64,000 nucleotides of DNA from a virus (lineage: Duplodnaviria > Caudoviricetes): positions 1-64,000 of the IMG/VR virus record IMGVR_UViG_2906626472_000001; one strand, written 5' to 3'. Below are positions 20,706 through 30,812 of the stretch, in pieces. Numbering within the stretch: position 1 is the first letter of the stretch; every line of letters starts with the position of its first letter. The notes under the pieces were generated by a model that was given only the letters and a program-made list of their open reading frames with translations, did no database searches and was not told where the DNA came from. A program made the position numbers and the translations under genes.

Positions 20706-22259
20706 TCAAAATTCTGGCCCCATGAACAGGCCGGTCTTCTCGTTGAAGAGCATCAGGGCGGTGCCGGTGTTGCCGGCGATCCGCTTCAGTCGCACCTTCG
20801 GGATGATGATCTTCCTCGAGTTCGGGTTATCCGGGTCGTCGCCATGGACCACGATGCCGAGGTCCGGCTTGTTCGCCCAGTGAGCCGAGTCCGAGATGCT
20901 GTACAGCCCGGGAACCATGCCGGGGTCCAGCTTCGTCGGGTGAGCGACGACGACCACGCAGACGCCAAACTGCTTGGCGAACCGCTTCAGCTTTTTGATC
21001 GCCTTGCCGACGTATTCAGTCAGCGACATGGAGCCGGGCCGGCTGTGCTCCAGCTCGTTCCACGGGTCGATCAGCAGCATGCGGACTCCGTCACGAAACA
21101 CCGCGGTCGCGGCGCGCTCGATCAGGAAGTCCAGGTCGATGTCGAAGTCCGCCGTCTCGTCATAGTCGATGAACTGGAAGTAGCGCTCGACAAACGCCTC
21201 GGCTTTCTTCTTCTCCTCGAACGACCAGGCCGCGCGCTCCTTTTCGAGATACGCGGTCATCAGCTCGTACGCCAGGAACGGCTTGACGTCCTTCTCGCCC
21301 GAGAAGATGGCGATCGGCCACTTGTGCTTCTTGGCCAGGATCACCGCCGCCTGGTTGATGAAGGTCGACTTACCGACGTTCGGCACGCCCGTGCAGACCA
21401 CGAACTGGCCGCCGTAGAACTTCATCAGCTTGTCCAGCTCGTCGGACAGGCCGATCTCGCACATGACCGGGATCTCCATCTCCGGATAGTCCGAGAGGCG
21501 GAACAGACCGGTGACGGGCCAGGGCCTGGCATTATCGATCATCTCCCGGACGCGCTCGGCGCCGAGATACTGCTTGACCTCGTTGAGGTCCTTGGGGGCG
21601 CGCAGCTTGCCCTTGTTCCTCTTGTCGGGGACGACCTCGTCCTTCGGGTACTCAGCCCAGAAGCACTTGGCCGGACCGATGCGTCTGACCAGCTCCTTCG
21701 CCAGCCGGCGGCCGGGCTCGTCACCATCGGTGCAGATGATGTGGTGCTTGACCCGCATGATGTGCTCCATCAGGCGGGACATGAAGGCGAACTTGTCGTC
21801 ATCATCCGGGTCGATGTCCCGGGCGTCGTCCGGAACATGGATCAGCTTGCCTTTGGCGTCACGGGCAGGGGGCGCCCCATCGGGAACCGAGATGATGTGC
21901 TCGTAGCCGGACTCCTTACCGGCCTGCACGTCGAACTCGCCCTCGACCCAGATCAGCGACTCCTGGCCGCACTCCAACTGCAGCATCGACTGCTCGTTGA
22001 GCAGTACGTCCGCGTTGAAGACGGTCTTGGGTGCGTTCGGTCTTTGCTGGAAGCGACGCTGGCCATCCTGTGCCCAGCGGTACTTCGTGTTGATCTCCTC
22101 GCCGTATTCGAAATAAGGCCAGCAGAGGATGTTGCCGCGCTCGTCAGGTACGATTGACCCATCGTGCAAGCGACGCCCGCTGTAGAGCCCCATAGCCGCC
22201 GACATTTCCACGCTGAGGCCGCGGTCCTCGATTCCCCTCGCGTGCTTCTCGTTTAGCAT
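20706..22259 (-). CDS. Toprim + SF4 helicase (T7 gp4/Twinkle-like primase-helicase lacking its zinc finger)
   Basis: VEGEFD, SVPDGA, DGDEPG, KDLNE; Walker A GVPNVGKS; IDPWN, VVAHP and ISDSAHW. Confidence 0.88.
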   Translation of the reverse strand: MLNEKHARGIEDRGLSVEMSAAMGLYSGRRLHDGSIVPDERGNILCWPYFEYGEEINTKYRWAQDGQRRFQQRPNAPKTVFNADVLLNEQSMLQLECGQESLIWVEGEFDVQAGKESGYEHIISVPDGAPPARDAKGKLIHVPDDARDIDPDDDDKFAFMSRLMEHIMRVKHHIICTDGDEPGRRLAKELVRRIGPAKCFWAEYPKDEVVPDKRNKGKLRAPKDLNEVKQYLGAERVREMIDNARPWPVTGLFRLSDYPEMEIPVMCEIGLSDELDKLMKFYGGQFVVCTGVPNVGKSTFINQAAVILAKKHKWPIAIFSGEKDVKPFLAYELMTAYLEKERAAWSFEEKKKAEAFVERYFQFIDYDETADFDIDLDFLIERAATAVFRDGVRMLLIDPWNELEHSRPGSMSLTEYVGKAIKKLKRFAKQFGVCVVVVAHPTKLDPGMVPGLYSISDSAHWANKPDLGIVVHGDDPDNPNSRKIIIPKVRLKRIAGNTGTALMLFNEKTGLFMGPEF

Positions 22260-22464
22260 TCTCAGATCCAACCCATCCGCAATTTTTGCAGTTCCACACC
22301 ACGCCGCTCACGTCGATCTTGACGCTGAGGCACTTGATTTTCTTGTGCGCCCCCTTCCGCTTGTGCGAGCACTGCGGACAGAGGGCGTACTGGTTGCCGA
22401 ATTTGATGGAGCGGACCTTGATCCGCTCCTCGGACAACACCTTCTCGATGTCGACGCCGGCCAT
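22144..22464 (-). CDS. Stand-alone primase zinc-binding domain
   Basis: CPQCSHKRK...CLSV...WNCKNCGWVG. Confidence 0.75.
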   Translation of the reverse strand: MAGVDIEKVLSEERIKVRSIKFGNQYALCPQCSHKRKGAHKKIKCLSVKIDVSGVVWNCKNCGWVGSENAKREAREGNRGPRPQRGNVGGYGALQRASLARWVNRT

Positions 22465-22465
22465 G

Positions 22466-23266
22466 TCAGATCGCCGTGGCGCGTCGGCCGTTCACGCCAG
22501 CCCACTCGTTGACGGAGGTGCGCTTGACTGGCGGGCGCTCCGTCTCCCATCGGGCCTGGTTGATCCAAACCGACGCGGCGGCGATGTACTTGACCCTGGT
22601 GGGGTCCTGTTTGATCTCCGCGTTCATGCGCTCGGCGTAGTAGCGAAGGCCGGTCATCAGGTCGGTGAACTCGACCTCGTCCTCGCGCTCGACCTTCTCC
22701 AGCTTCAGCCACGCAGCCTTGCGGCTATCGCCCGGCTTCTTCGGGTAGAGATTCCAGAACTGCTTCCGGAAGTCTGTCGGCCAAGGCGCCGTGCGCCGGT
22801 TCTTGGTGGGAGGTTCTTTGGGAGGTTCTTCTTTTGGGTGGTTAAAGGTGTGATCCCCGTTCTCACCCCGGTGTGAACCAGCTTCACTGCGGGTGTGATT
22901 GTCGTTCTCACCCCTGTGATTGTCGTTCACACCATGGGGGTGATCCTCGTTCACACTCTTGTCGGTGTCCCGTGCGTCCTTGCGCCGCGGGCTGTCGATC
23001 ATCAGCTTGTAGACTGACGACCTGGTGGCGCCGGTCGGATGCGTCCGGCCGGTCGACTCGATGATGCCGATATCTTCGAGCTTCTTCAGGTTCTTGTTGA
23101 CCGCCTCGCGGGTCAGCATGCTGCGGGCGCTGATAGTGGTCTGTCTCGGATAGGCCTCGTCTTCGTCACCGGCAAAGTCGGCCAGGACGAGGAGCACCAG
23201 CTTCATCGTCGACGTCATGTCGTCGCGGTTCAGCTTGAAGGCCCAGTCGAGGGCTTCGATACTCAT
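22466..23266 (-). CDS. Phage replication initiator (N-terminal wHTH, lambda O-like organisation)
   Basis: KLVLLVLADFA...AYPRQTTIS wHTH; internal iterons; FWNLYPKK and WINQARWE in the C-terminus. Confidence 0.8.
   Translation of the reverse strand: MSIEALDWAFKLNRDDMTSTMKLVLLVLADFAGDEDEAYPRQTTISARSMLTREAVNKNLKKLEDIGIIESTGRTHPTGATRSSVYKLMIDSPRRKDARDTDKSVNEDHPHGVNDNHRGENDNHTRSEAGSHRGENGDHTFNHPKEEPPKEPPTKNRRTAPWPTDFRKQFWNLYPKKPGDSRKAAWLKLEKVEREDEVEFTDLMTGLRYYAERMNAEIKQDPTRVKYIAAASVWINQARWETERPPVKRTSVNEWAGVNGRRATAI
22850..22956. repeat. Five iterons (GTGAW-N5-TTCWC) inside the initiator gene, probable ori
   Basis: e.g. GTGATCCCCGTTCTC, GTGAACCAGCTTCAC, GTGATTGTCGTTCAC, GTGATCCTCGTTCAC, spaced about 21-24 bp. 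Confidence 0.75.
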
Positions 23267-23294
23267 TCGGATGTCCATGTCGTTGGGGGTGGGC

Positions 23295-23335
23295 TTGACA
23301 CCCAAACCCGGGGCGGTGTATTTGCACGAATGCAA
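23295..23335 (+). promoter_or_regulatory. Sigma70-like promoter overlapped by a TTGC-N6-GCAA dyad
   Basis: TTGACA-17 nt-GTATTT, with TTGCACGAATGCAA at 23322-23335. Confidence 0.55.
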
Positions 23336-23394
23336 GTAAAAATGCAAGCCACGAGATGTGGGTGCAAATCTGGAACACAGCACTAGGGGTTCAG

Positions 23395-24003
23395 GTGGGT
23401 TCGATAATTCGTGTGGCCGGCATTGATCCGTCGATGTCCAATTTCGGCATCTGCCGCATGCTCCTGGACTGCGACACCCTCGAACTCCGGTTGGAACGCT
23501 TCAGAACGATCTGCACGGTGCCGCAGCGCGGTTCCAAGAAGGTGGTGCGCCAGAACTCCGACGACCTGCGCCGGGCTCAGGAGCTGCACCAGGGCTTCCA
23601 GGAGGAGCTGAAGGACTGCATTCTCGGCTTTACCGAGGTACCATCAGGCTCGCAGCATTCCCGCAGCGCGCTCGGCTTTGGCATGTCGATCGGGATCCTG
23701 GCGTCGTCGCCGATCCCGCTGATCGAGGTCATGCCCTCAGAGACCAAGCTCGCCAGCGTCGGTGTGCAAACGGCCGAGAAGCCGGAGATCATCGCCTGGG
23801 CTGCGGCGCTCTACCCGGACGCTGACTGGATTCGCTATCAAAAAGACGTCACCCGGGGCCAGAAGAGGCGGAAAGCCGGTGACTTGCACGACGACAACGA
23901 GCACGTCGCGGACTCGATCGCAGTGACTCATGCTGGCATTCGAACCAGTCAGTTCAAGCAGACGCTTGCATTGCTGCGAGCGACCCACAAGAACCTTGGC
24001 TGA
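23395..24003 (+). CDS. RuvC-like Holliday junction resolvase
   Basis: VAGIDPSMSNFG, a central acidic residue in FTEVP, K..II.WA and NEHVADSIAV. Confidence 0.75.
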   Translation: MGSIIRVAGIDPSMSNFGICRMLLDCDTLELRLERFRTICTVPQRGSKKVVRQNSDDLRRAQELHQGFQEELKDCILGFTEVPSGSQHSRSALGFGMSIGILASSPIPLIEVMPSETKLASVGVQTAEKPEIIAWAAALYPDADWIRYQKDVTRGQKRRKAGDLHDDNEHVADSIAVTHAGIRTSQFKQTLALLRATHKNLG

Positions 24004-24064
24004 AATTTCAAGCGACCGAGTCGGTCCGAGACTATTGATTCGTTTGCACTTTCCGGCGATTTTG

Positions 24065-24079
24065 GAACGTATAGAGAAC
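24065..24079 (+). promoter_or_regulatory. Alphaproteobacterial LexA (SOS) box
   Basis: GAAC-GTATAGA-GAAC is an exact GAAC-N7-GAAC, intergenic and upstream of 24266. Confidence 0.65.
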
Positions 24080-24265
24080 AAAAAAACGTTTGCAATCGTG
24101 CGGAACCTCGCGTAGGTGGCGTATTAGCATCCGCGCAAACGGATTGGAGCCAACGACCATGAATGCAAATCTTCTGAGATTTCGAGCAAAGCAATAATTC
24201 AACTCCGGTCTCCTTCAGGTGACGGAAAAGAAATTCTTCGCGAACCGTGCTATGGAGGATCGCAA

Positions 24266-24997
24266 GTGTCATTGGTAGAAAATACAAATATGAAACAGGC
24301 TCCCGCGGCCAACACTAAAGCCAAGCAGCTTGTGATCGAGTGGATCGATCACATCCTGGACCGCAAGAAGTGGAACGGGACTGACTTGGCCCGTGCCGCC
24401 GAACTGGCTCCCTCGACCATTCTTCGACTGCTGAACAATCCTAAGCACCCCTTCGTGCCCACCGTCACGACCTTGCAGAAGATTGCTGATGGATCGGGCT
24501 ATCCTATCCCGAAGAAGGTCATGCAGGCGCTCGGCGCCGAGGGTGAGCGCGGTGACGGCAATGGCGACGAGGCTGACGAGAACATTCGCTCGCTCGGCAC
24601 CGTCCGTACGCGGCAGCCGACTGTCGAGCTTAAGCACATCTCGTCGCTGCCGGCGTCGTTGCAGTCGACGGTGAGCGCGGGGCGGGACTCGTATGTCCCG
24701 GCTCCGCCTCAGCTGGAGGGCGACGAGACTGCATTCGCCTTCCACATGCCGGACAACACCTTCGACCCTTGGTTCAAGTCGGGTTCACTGATGTTCGCGA
24801 CCAAGCGCCGCGATCCAGTGGCCGGCGACACCATTGTTGTCACCGACAAGAACGGACGTGCTCGCGTCCGTCTTCTGATGGACATCACCGAGGCTGGGTT
24901 GAAGCTCACGAAGACCATCCCGGCGACGGAAGATGAAGTAGTGTCCTTCGATGACATCGGGGACATTGCTATCGTCACCATCTTTGTGAAGAGCTGA
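24266..24997 (+). CDS. XRE HTH regulator with a degenerate S24-like C-terminal domain
   Basis: GTDLARAAELAPSTILRL HTH; AFAFHMPDNTFDPWFKSG resembles S24 but has no GDSM serine; GGAGG RBS before the GTG start. Confidence 0.75.
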   Translation: MSLVENTNMKQAPAANTKAKQLVIEWIDHILDRKKWNGTDLARAAELAPSTILRLLNNPKHPFVPTVTTLQKIADGSGYPIPKKVMQALGAEGERGDGNGDEADENIRSLGTVRTRQPTVELKHISSLPASLQSTVSAGRDSYVPAPPQLEGDETAFAFHMPDNTFDPWFKSGSLMFATKRRDPVAGDTIVVTDKNGRARVRLLMDITEAGLKLTKTIPATEDEVVSFDDIGDIAIVTIFVKS

Positions 24998-25002
24998 TCA
25001 GA

Positions 25003-25028
25003 CCTGTAAGTCAGTTTTGACTTACAGG
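25003..25028. terminator. Hairpin between convergent genes
   Basis: 11-bp perfect stem CCTGTAAGTCA/TGACTTACAGG. Confidence 0.6.
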
Positions 25029-25029
25029 C

Positions 25030-25404
25030 CTACACTTCGAACATCTTGCGGACACGTTCAGCCATCGCCCTGATCGTCTTGGGCGGTGACGTCATGACGT
25101 CCACCTTGAAGTCCTCCTCCAGCTGGGCGAGCTGCTTCAGCCATTCTTCAGCCTCTCGCAATGATGGAAGGTCGACCTGCGGCTCCCATTTGAGCCGCTG
25201 GATCTCCAACGCTGTCTTCTGGATCTCGAAGTCGAGGTAGTCCAGGAACTCACGCAACACGACCGTCACCCGATCGACGGCCGGCTCGATGACAAGCAAC
25301 TGGTCACCGATCTCCGTCATGATTTCAGGCAGGCGGTCTTTGAACTTTGGGTTAATCGGGCGCGTTATCAGCTTGGGAACTGACTGCGCCGCACTACGCT
25401 TCAT
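25030..25404 (-). CDS. Hypothetical protein
   Basis: 124 aa, ATGA-coupled. Confidence 0.55.
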   Translation of the reverse strand: MKRSAAQSVPKLITRPINPKFKDRLPEIMTEIGDQLLVIEPAVDRVTVVLREFLDYLDFEIQKTALEIQRLKWEPQVDLPSLREAEEWLKQLAQLEEDFKVDVMTSPPKTIRAMAERVRKMFEV

Positions 25405-25679
25405 GAATCCTCCTTACGAAGGAGACGCATTCGGTCATGGACCTTGACTGCAGACATGTCGTCCTTCGTTGGCTTGAATGGTTGCAGGCCACGATTGATC
25501 GCTGCAAATGCCAAGGCGGTCGCCTTGGTCACGCCGCGGATTTCGTACTTGCCGATGGCCTGAGGCGTCAGTCCGAGCCAATCGGCCAGCTCGGTCTGCG
25601 TTAGGTCGCGGGAAACTCGGAACGCCCGAACCTCTTCGCCGGTAAGGAACTTCCTGGACGCATTACGACTAGGGGTCAT
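25401..25679 (-). CDS. Small XRE/Cro-like HTH protein
   Basis: LTQTELADWLGLTPQAIGKYE. Confidence 0.75.
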   Translation of the reverse strand: MTPSRNASRKFLTGEEVRAFRVSRDLTQTELADWLGLTPQAIGKYEIRGVTKATALAFAAINRGLQPFKPTKDDMSAVKVHDRMRLLRKEDS

Positions 25680-25744
25680 TTCACAACCTTTCTGAAGGCG
25701 CGAAAGGGCAAGAGGGATAACGGCTGAGGGGAACCGCAGTTGCC

Positions 25745-26032
25745 CTAATCCAGGCATACCGGCACCGGTCGGGCACCTATGCCGCATGCAGGGCACCATT
25801 TCCTGGCGCTACCCCAGTTCTTCAGCTTCCGCTCGAAGGTGCGGGAGGCGCCTGGGTAGAACTGCGCGACATGGACCAGGCTGCCGGCGGCCACGGCGGC
25901 TTTAACAAGGGGTGACCCTCTGCCGTTGAGATGTTGTTCCAGGCGTCTGTCTGGAGTTTCATCGTGACACCAGCCGATGTAGTGAGCCGCATGTAAATAG
26001 CTCGGCTCGAAGTGAAGTAGGTAAACACTCAT
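25745..26032 (-). CDS. GIY-YIG family nuclease
   Basis: VYLLHF...HYIGW...RRLEQH...ERKLK. Confidence 0.7.
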   Translation of the reverse strand: MSVYLLHFEPSYLHAAHYIGWCHDETPDRRLEQHLNGRGSPLVKAAVAAGSLVHVAQFYPGASRTFERKLKNWGSARKWCPACGIGARPVPVCLD

Positions 26033-26533
26033 TTGCTTTTCGCAACCTGTTGGATTTGTTTTCGATCAGGCGGCTTCGGCAACCGGTGCTCGCTCGATGC
26101 GAGCCATGCGGCCAAGCTTCCATTGATCACGGATGACCAACACAAGCTCGGCGCGGTCCATCGGCTCGGAAACCTGACGCCACTTCGGACCAGGCTTCGT
26201 CAGCGCCCACACAACGAACATCGCGGGCACGGGCTTCGTCTTCATGGTGACTCCTTGGATTTGATGAAGTTGGTGATCGGGCCGTCGCCCTGATCAAAGA
26301 CGTTGACGATCCCCCGGCCTTCCATCTCGTTGACGGGGATCCACACGGTGAAGGTGAGGCCCTGCGGAGGGGCGAGCATCTCGATGCACTCGATGATGCC
26401 GTCAGCGCCGGGCAGGATCGTGTGCTCGTTATCTTCGTGGTCGTCGCCGACGCAGACATCGAGCATCGTCACGCGCTGCCCGAGCTTGAACCCCTCGGCC
26501 TCCGGCAGGCCATGCCGATGATCGAACGGACGG

Positions 26534-26917
26534 CTAACCATAGACGATGTCCCCGAACAGGCAGGCTTGCAGGAAAACATCGCCGGTCTCGGCGTCGCCG
26601 TTCTCTTCGACGATTTCCGCGATACGGGATGCGGCTTGCTTCGATAGGTAGTCGAGGCCGGTCTTGATGCTTGCCGGCGTCAGCTCGTACGCCTTGTCCT
26701 CCTGGACCTTGATCTCGATCAGGAAGTCGCCGGACCAGACGTTCGGACAAGCGTACCAGGGGCGCTCTTTCGCCAGCTCGCGGCCCTTCTTGGGTGTGAC
26801 TTCCTCGATCCAATAGTTCGATCCGCCCTCGAAGGCGGCGATGATCTGGTCGGCCACATGCTGAGCTGTCAGCTGAATGGTAGCCGGAAACGTTGCGAGC
26901 ACAGGTGTGTCGCTCAT
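26534..26917 (-). CDS. Conserved phage hypothetical protein
   Basis: AFEGGSNYW...DAETGDVFLQACLFGDIVYG. Confidence 0.65.
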   Translation of the reverse strand: MSDTPVLATFPATIQLTAQHVADQIIAAFEGGSNYWIEEVTPKKGRELAKERPWYACPNVWSGDFLIEIKVQEDKAYELTPASIKTGLDYLSKQAASRIAEIVEENGDAETGDVFLQACLFGDIVYG

Positions 26918-27123
26918 GATGTATTCCTCTGATGGTGGATTGTGGTCAGGCGAAATCGAGTTCGCCGTATCCGTCCTCGACGTAGCGGTTCGAGCGGCGG
27001 TACTCCCCGCCGCGACGCGGGGAGGATCTGCGCTCACCTCTGTTGGTGTTGATGACGTCGCTGACCGCTGTCTCGTCGAAGTCCTCGTCGATCAGCTCCT
27101 GGTCCCAGGGGCCCTGCTTGGGC

Positions 27124-27888
27124 TTACGCATGCTCAAGGTCCTTCGAACGTTCGAAGTGCTTTGAGCCGGTGCCGTGCGCCTCGATCGTGATGTCAGCCT
27201 TGCCGCCGGAGCGGTGGCCGCCGCAAAGCAGGCAGTAGGCACACTGGATGGCCTTCCCCATCTCAGCGCCGGCCGGGCAGTGACCCTCGCCCTTGGCCTT
27301 GGGTTCACCCTTGGGGCGGACCCGGTAGGTTCGGAATCCGAGCGCCTTGGCGAGGACGCGATCGACCTCGCTGTCGCAGGAGGCCATGCAGAACTGCGCC
27401 AGCTCGGGGACCTCGCGCCAACGATGGGTGTAGCCGGTCATCTCGTCGACGAGCTGGAGAGCGGACTGCCAGATCTTCACCGGCACGGCTCCGGGATCGC
27501 CGTAGGCTCCGAGACGAACCCGCTTGCGAGCCAGAAGCTTTCGGGCCTTGGTGAGCGGCACATCCTGGTAGACGCCGCGCTGAAAAGCGTCCCAAACGAC
27601 GCGAGGACCATGCATCAGCGTCACGTAGCAGGAGCGCTCGATGTTCTTCTTCTCGCCGGTCTTGGGGTCGGTGATGATGCGGCCCATGTGGATGCAGGTG
27701 CCGCAGATCGAAACGTCATCACCGCGCTGCGCAGCCAGCATCGGGTTCTGGTCGGCGCGCAGGATGTAGACCTGGACCATCGGGCCGGTCTTTGAGTTGC
27801 TGCCGCCATCTTCCAGACCAGTGGCGATGACGACGATCGGCTTGCCGTCGATCATCGACGGGCCGCGGTAGAGAACGAAACCGTTCAT
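27124..27888 (-). CDS. Cys-rich conserved phage protein
   Basis: NSKTGPMVQ, ICGTC, CYV, RLGAYGDP, GYTHRW and CAYCLLC. Confidence 0.7.
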   Translation of the reverse strand: MNGFVLYRGPSMIDGKPIVVIATGLEDGGSNSKTGPMVQVYILRADQNPMLAAQRGDDVSICGTCIHMGRIITDPKTGEKKNIERSCYVTLMHGPRVVWDAFQRGVYQDVPLTKARKLLARKRVRLGAYGDPGAVPVKIWQSALQLVDEMTGYTHRWREVPELAQFCMASCDSEVDRVLAKALGFRTYRVRPKGEPKAKGEGHCPAGAEMGKAIQCAYCLLCGGHRSGGKADITIEAHGTGSKHFERSKDLEHA

Positions 27889-28267
27889 AGGTCTCTCCTT
27901 ATTTGCATTCATGCAAGCACCAGGGCATGGGTCTTCGGTTCGGTCAGGGCCAGATCGGCCTCTGCACGTTTGAGCTGGTTGGTCAGGATCTTGATGTGCT
28001 TCCGTTTCCTGGCCTGAAAGTCGTGGATGGCGTCAGCCTCGGACTCCGAGAACTTCTTCTTGAATGCGGTGAGCAATACGAACTCACCGCAGCACCAGGC
28101 GCCCTTAGGCGTCCGGCGATCGACCGGGTACCAGCGCAATTCGAGGCGAGGATCGGTGACCCCGTACTCCTCGCGGTCGGCATCGACAACGTAGGAGTAG
28201 CGCTGGGCCTCGCACCGCCAGAGGACATCGAGATCCCCTGGCGGCTTTCCGTGTGGATAGTGCAGCT

Positions 28268-29848
28268 TCACGCCGCCTTCTCCTGCTGCTCCTTGTTGTC
28301 GTTGGCGGGCTTCTGCTTCGGCACGGGCGCAGCCAGGTCGACGAGGGTGTTCATCGAACGGGTCGCCGCGACGTAGCAGAGGTTGTCCTCCTGCTCGATC
28401 TCCCAGGGCATGGAGGCGTACTTCGAGGGGCAGGTTGCGAACCGGTCGAGCCAGAACACGTACTTCCACTCGCGGCCCTTCGACTTGTGGATCGTCGAGA
28501 GGGTCAGGATGCCCGTCACGTTGTCGGCGAAGATCGAGTTGATGTATGCGACCACGTCGGTGATCAGGTGCTGCTTCTTTTCGAGGCAAGCATCCATCAC
28601 GACCTTGAGTGTCTCCGCCTTGTCCTCGGCCTCCTGGACTCGAGCCATCTTCTTCTTGGCCATCCAGCGCTGGGTTTCCATGTCCAGCCATTCTTCGAGC
28701 TTGTCTTCCAGCTCGGGGATGGTGGAGATCGACTTCCAGCGGGTCGCCAGCTTGATCAGCGCCTCGCCGATGTTGCGGCCCTCGATCCGGCAGGGGATGT
28801 TCTGGCGGATCAGTGCGAAGGCGGCGGACACCAGCGGCCGGGTGTTGCGGCAGAGGATCGCCGAGTCCCCATAGTGAAGCGCCTTCTTCACCATGAAGTC
28901 CTCGAAGGTCATCGCCGTCACCGTGCCCTGCGGCGCGCTCTCGTGTGCCTGGATGTGATCGACCCAGGTCTGAGCGAACCGGACGATGTTCTTCGGGCAG
29001 CGGTAGGTCACCGTGAGCGGCATTTCCTTCGCCTGGAAATACTGCTTCAGGTTCTCCATGCTCTCGTTGTCGGCGCCCGTGAAGCCGTAGATGGCCTGCC
29101 GGGGATCGCCGACGCCGAAGAACCGGCCGGTCTCTTTGAGCAGCGCGTCAGCCAGAAGCTTGCGGCATAGGTTGGCATCCTGCGCCTCGTCCATGATCAC
29201 GTTGTCGTACTCGAAGAACTTGATCTGGTAGAGTAGCGGCAGATAGATCATGTCATCGAAGTCGACGACCTGTCGCAGCTCGTTGGACGCCTTGAGCAGC
29301 TTGATCCCGACGTCGATGAGCTGGTCCGCCTTCTTCTGCAGCGGCTCTTCGTCAAACAGATCGAAGTGGTCGACGATGTCCTCCCAGATCGAGGTGTCGT
29401 CGATGTGACCCTGGCCCGGGACGCCGACAGCATTGGCCTTGGCGAGCGACACCAGGTGGCAGATCGTGCCGGTGTGCGGCACCAGCGTGATCGGGATCTC
29501 GTCGTTCTCGACCCAGGAGGCGCAGATCGCGCCGACCTTGTCGCCCTTGACGATGACGCCGGGGACGGCCTTCTTGTAGTTCCGCAGGCCGATCGAGTGG
29601 GTGGTGGCCGCCTCAACCCGCTTCCAGTCGATGCCGCGCTTCTTCAACTTGGCCTTGATCTCTTCGGCAATCTTCTTGTTGTAGGCCAGGATGATCGAGA
29701 TCCCGCCCATGCCATCGGCCGCTTCGAGGATGGTTGTGGTCTTGCCGGCGCCGGCCACGGCGATCAGCACGATAGAGCTGGTTCCGGTTCGGGCTTCCTT
29801 GATGAATGCCGCCTGCTGGGGCGACCATTGAATTGCTGTGGTCTGCAT
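28268..29848 (-). CDS. UvrD/Rep-like SF1 helicase
   Basis: AVAGAGKTT, MDEAQD, VGDPRQAIYGF, TYRCP, STIHKSKGRE and YVAATR. Confidence 0.92.
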   Translation of the reverse strand: MQTTAIQWSPQQAAFIKEARTGTSSIVLIAVAGAGKTTTILEAADGMGGISIILAYNKKIAEEIKAKLKKRGIDWKRVEAATTHSIGLRNYKKAVPGVIVKGDKVGAICASWVENDEIPITLVPHTGTICHLVSLAKANAVGVPGQGHIDDTSIWEDIVDHFDLFDEEPLQKKADQLIDVGIKLLKASNELRQVVDFDDMIYLPLLYQIKFFEYDNVIMDEAQDANLCRKLLADALLKETGRFFGVGDPRQAIYGFTGADNESMENLKQYFQAKEMPLTVTYRCPKNIVRFAQTWVDHIQAHESAPQGTVTAMTFEDFMVKKALHYGDSAILCRNTRPLVSAAFALIRQNIPCRIEGRNIGEALIKLATRWKSISTIPELEDKLEEWLDMETQRWMAKKKMARVQEAEDKAETLKVVMDACLEKKQHLITDVVAYINSIFADNVTGILTLSTIHKSKGREWKYVFWLDRFATCPSKYASMPWEIEQEDNLCYVAATRSMNTLVDLAAPVPKQKPANDNKEQQEKAA

Positions 29849-29933
29849 GTGTCCTGTCTCGGATCGGGGTTAGTGGCGGATCGTTAGCATTGCGATTGCA
29901 TTCAAGCAAATAGAAAGCCAGCGAAATGCAAAT

Positions 29934-30296
29934 TTATGCGGCGACTCGGTGCTCCTGGGCACGCAGCGCCTTCAGGGCCTGGACGATACGCTGGGCGTTC
30001 GCCTCGCTGCGGGGCTGGGCGATGACCTTGCGGTCCTCGAAGATGATCCAGCAGTTATCGTAGATGTCCTCGATCGCGAACACCTCGTCGTTGTCGGCGA
30101 AGAACGCGGTCTTGCCGGCCGGCGTGAGGTGGTGGGTCTGGATCATCGTGTAGGCGTGCTCGTCGATGAACCCCTTCTTCTTCAGGTTGTTCAGCGAGTT
30201 GACGTGCCCTTCGCGCAGATAGAGGCTGGTGCTGACGGACATCGCCAGGATCCGCGCAATGATGCGCTCTTGCAGGTTAGTCAGCATCTTCGTCAT
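29934..30296 (-). CDS. Hypothetical protein
   Basis: 120 aa ORF in operon. Confidence 0.55.
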   Translation of the reverse strand: MTKMLTNLQERIIARILAMSVSTSLYLREGHVNSLNNLKKKGFIDEHAYTMIQTHHLTPAGKTAFFADNDEVFAIEDIYDNCWIIFEDRKVIAQPRSEANAQRIVQALKALRAQEHRVAA

Positions 30297-30485
30297 GGTT
30301 GCCTCTGTTCAATGGTGGCCTGGAGTCGGCTGAGCCAGTCATCCAGGAAGCGTTGGTGGCTTTCGAAGGCGAATGAGATGTTCGATGCGGCCTGCTGCAT
30401 CTGGTCGGCTGCTGCGCTCATGGTGCTTGCAGCAGACCGCACGTCATCGGCGCCGATCAGGTGAACGTACCGCTCTGACATGGCG

Positions 30486-30812
30486 TCACTTCAGGTAGGC
30501 CGGGCCATAGATGCCCATCTTGGCGAGGCCGTTGTGCTCGTCGAAGATGTTGCCGCGGGCGTGTTTGGCGGGCTTCGACCAGCTCGCCGGCATCAGCACG
30601 TCGCCAGTGTTCTTGCAGACGAAGGCGTGGACGCTGCCGTCACGGCGGACGCGGTAGCGAACCTTCAGCTCCTCCAGCTTGAACTCCGGCTTCGGCAGCC
30701 GTGGATAGTTCTGCGCCATGTGCTCGTGGTTGATGCGCCGACAGCCCTCGAAGAATGTCTGAAGGGCAGGGCCGAAGTTGCGCTCGAATTTGGTTTGGAA
30801 GGGTTGGACCAT
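30486..30812 (-). CDS. Conserved phage hypothetical protein
   Basis: SVHAFV...TGDVLMPASWSKPAKHARGNI motif. Confidence 0.65.
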   Translation of the reverse strand: MVQPFQTKFERNFGPALQTFFEGCRRINHEHMAQNYPRLPKPEFKLEELKVRYRVRRDGSVHAFVCKNTGDVLMPASWSKPAKHARGNIFDEHNGLAKMGIYGPAYLK

